A stretch of 58,104 nucleotides of DNA, taken from NCBI GenBank assembly GCA_031416315.1, contig JANOTL010000067.1:1-58104 (forward strand), written 5' to 3'. The DNA is from Pseudomonadota bacterium. Lineage in GTDB: Bacteria; Bdellovibrionota_B; Oligoflexia; Oligoflexales; CAIYRB01. Positions within the stretch are counted from its first letter, which is position 1; each line of letters begins with the position of its first letter. Of the stretch, positions 57,266-58,104 are shown piece after piece. The notes under the pieces are model-generated. The model was not told where the DNA came from and did not search any database. It was given only the letters and a program-made list of their open reading frames with translations. Position numbers and translations under genes: made by a program.

Positions 57266-58104
57266 TTAGCGCGCGAGCTCGTAACTGTAAGCACCGCGTA
57301 GGAGGCGCTTGCCCTCTTTCGCCAACTCGGCGACCGTCTCGATGCGCTCGATGCGATCGCCTTCGGACATGCGCCGCGCGACTTTCACTTTGACCGTGAG
57401 GGTCTCGCCGGGCTTCACGAAGCTCCTGATCTTGATGCCGTCGATCTCCTTCGCCCGCAGGATCTCGCCCGCGTTCGGCGCCAGGAGCTTGGTGGCGACG
57501 GCGCCGATCGCCTCGTTCAGCATCACAATCGGGGTCACTGGGAACCGCGGAAAATGGTCTTTGTAGAAGGGGAGGCCTTCGGCGAAATGCACCGCCGCCT
57601 CGATCTCTCCCGCATCTTTCTTCAAGACCTCGAGCACCAGGCCGGCGAAAGGAAACGCCGGTCCGGCGGTGTCTTCGAGCGTCAAGCCGCCGCTCGTCAG
57701 GGCTTGAAAGCGCTGGCGGGTCACGGCCGGGTCCTCGAGCTCGGCCAAGGGCATGAAGTAGCCGTTGCAGCCGCGGATCGACTGCACGATCTCGCCCGCG
57801 ACCATCGCCTCGCCGTCGAAGACGAAGGTTTCGGCGTCCATGGTCGTGATGCGCCCGCACAGCGCCACCTCGGTGCCGACCGGCACCTCGCGCTCGACCC
57901 GGATCGAGTCGGCGAACAAGAAAACCGGGCGCGCCGTGAAGTCGTTGCGCTGCAAGCAGAGCCACGAGGCCAGCTGCCCGATCGCCTCCGAGATCGCGCC
58001 GGGCGCGACGACGGCTTCGCCCCCGTCACGCGGGTAGCGCAGCGGAGCATCGGCCGCGAAACGGACGGCGCCGTGGATGGCGTCGCCGCCGCTTCGCTCG
58101 ATTC
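57266..58104 (-). CDS. Double-hotdog FabA/FabZ-like acyl-ACP dehydratase (5' end outside the window)
   Basis: Frame open to the window edge; domain 1 APGAISEAIGQL, domain 2 KDHFPRFPVTPIVMLNEAIG..FVKPGE. Confidence 0.8.
   Translation of the reverse strand, partial: IERSGGDAIHGAVRFAADAPLRYPRDGGEAVVAPGAISEAIGQLASWLCLQRNDFTARPVFLFADSIRVEREVPVGTEVALCGRITTMDAETFVFDGEAMVAGEIVQSIRGCNGYFMPLAELEDPAVTRQRFQALTSGGLTLEDTAGPAFPFAGLVLEVLKKDAGEIEAAVHFAEGLPFYKDHFPRFPVTPIVMLNEAIGAVATKLLAPNAGEILRAKEIDGIKIRSFVKPGETLTVKVKVARRMSEGDRIERIETVAELAKEGKRLLRGAYSYELAR

Noticed and set aside
58020..58024. Possible frameshift in the C5/G5 run of the dehydratase, since the ORF track starts only at 57955
   Set aside because: With five G the frame reads ...PLRYPRDGGEAVVAPG... 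and stays open to the window edge; the gene is simply cut by the window

Overview
A GC-rich bacterial chromosomal window of about 55 genes. The gene families and lipoprotein-rich content suggest a Bdellovibrionota/Oligoflexia-like or related deltaproteobacterial lineage (inference only). No rRNA, tRNA, CRISPR array or transposase was recognised. The left half holds many secreted proteins and lipoproteins, yebC, an ECF sigma factor coupled to a TPR-wHTH-HTH regulator, orphan histidine kinases, an Hpt protein, a Pnkp-like kinase fused to a degenerate phosphatase, two CAP proteins, an MBOAT/SGNH O-acetylation locus and three c-type-heme lipoproteins, two of them with collagen-like GxT stalks. The middle holds a PilZ protein, hldE and a sigma54-driven flagellar operon (TPR protein, receiver-less bEBP, flgB, flgC, fliE, fliF, fliH, fliI, fliJ, motE-like). 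That operon lacks fliG at its usual place and has a very long FliH. The right end holds a large repeat-rich lipoprotein, a CheY-like protein, fabI and a type II FAS/PKS-like cluster (double-hotdog dehydratase, KS, CLF-like KS, thioester reductase) that runs off the window edge. Seven sigma54 -24/-12 motifs and six FliA-like motifs were read directly upstream of genes. All product calls come from motif recognition by eye, not database searches.
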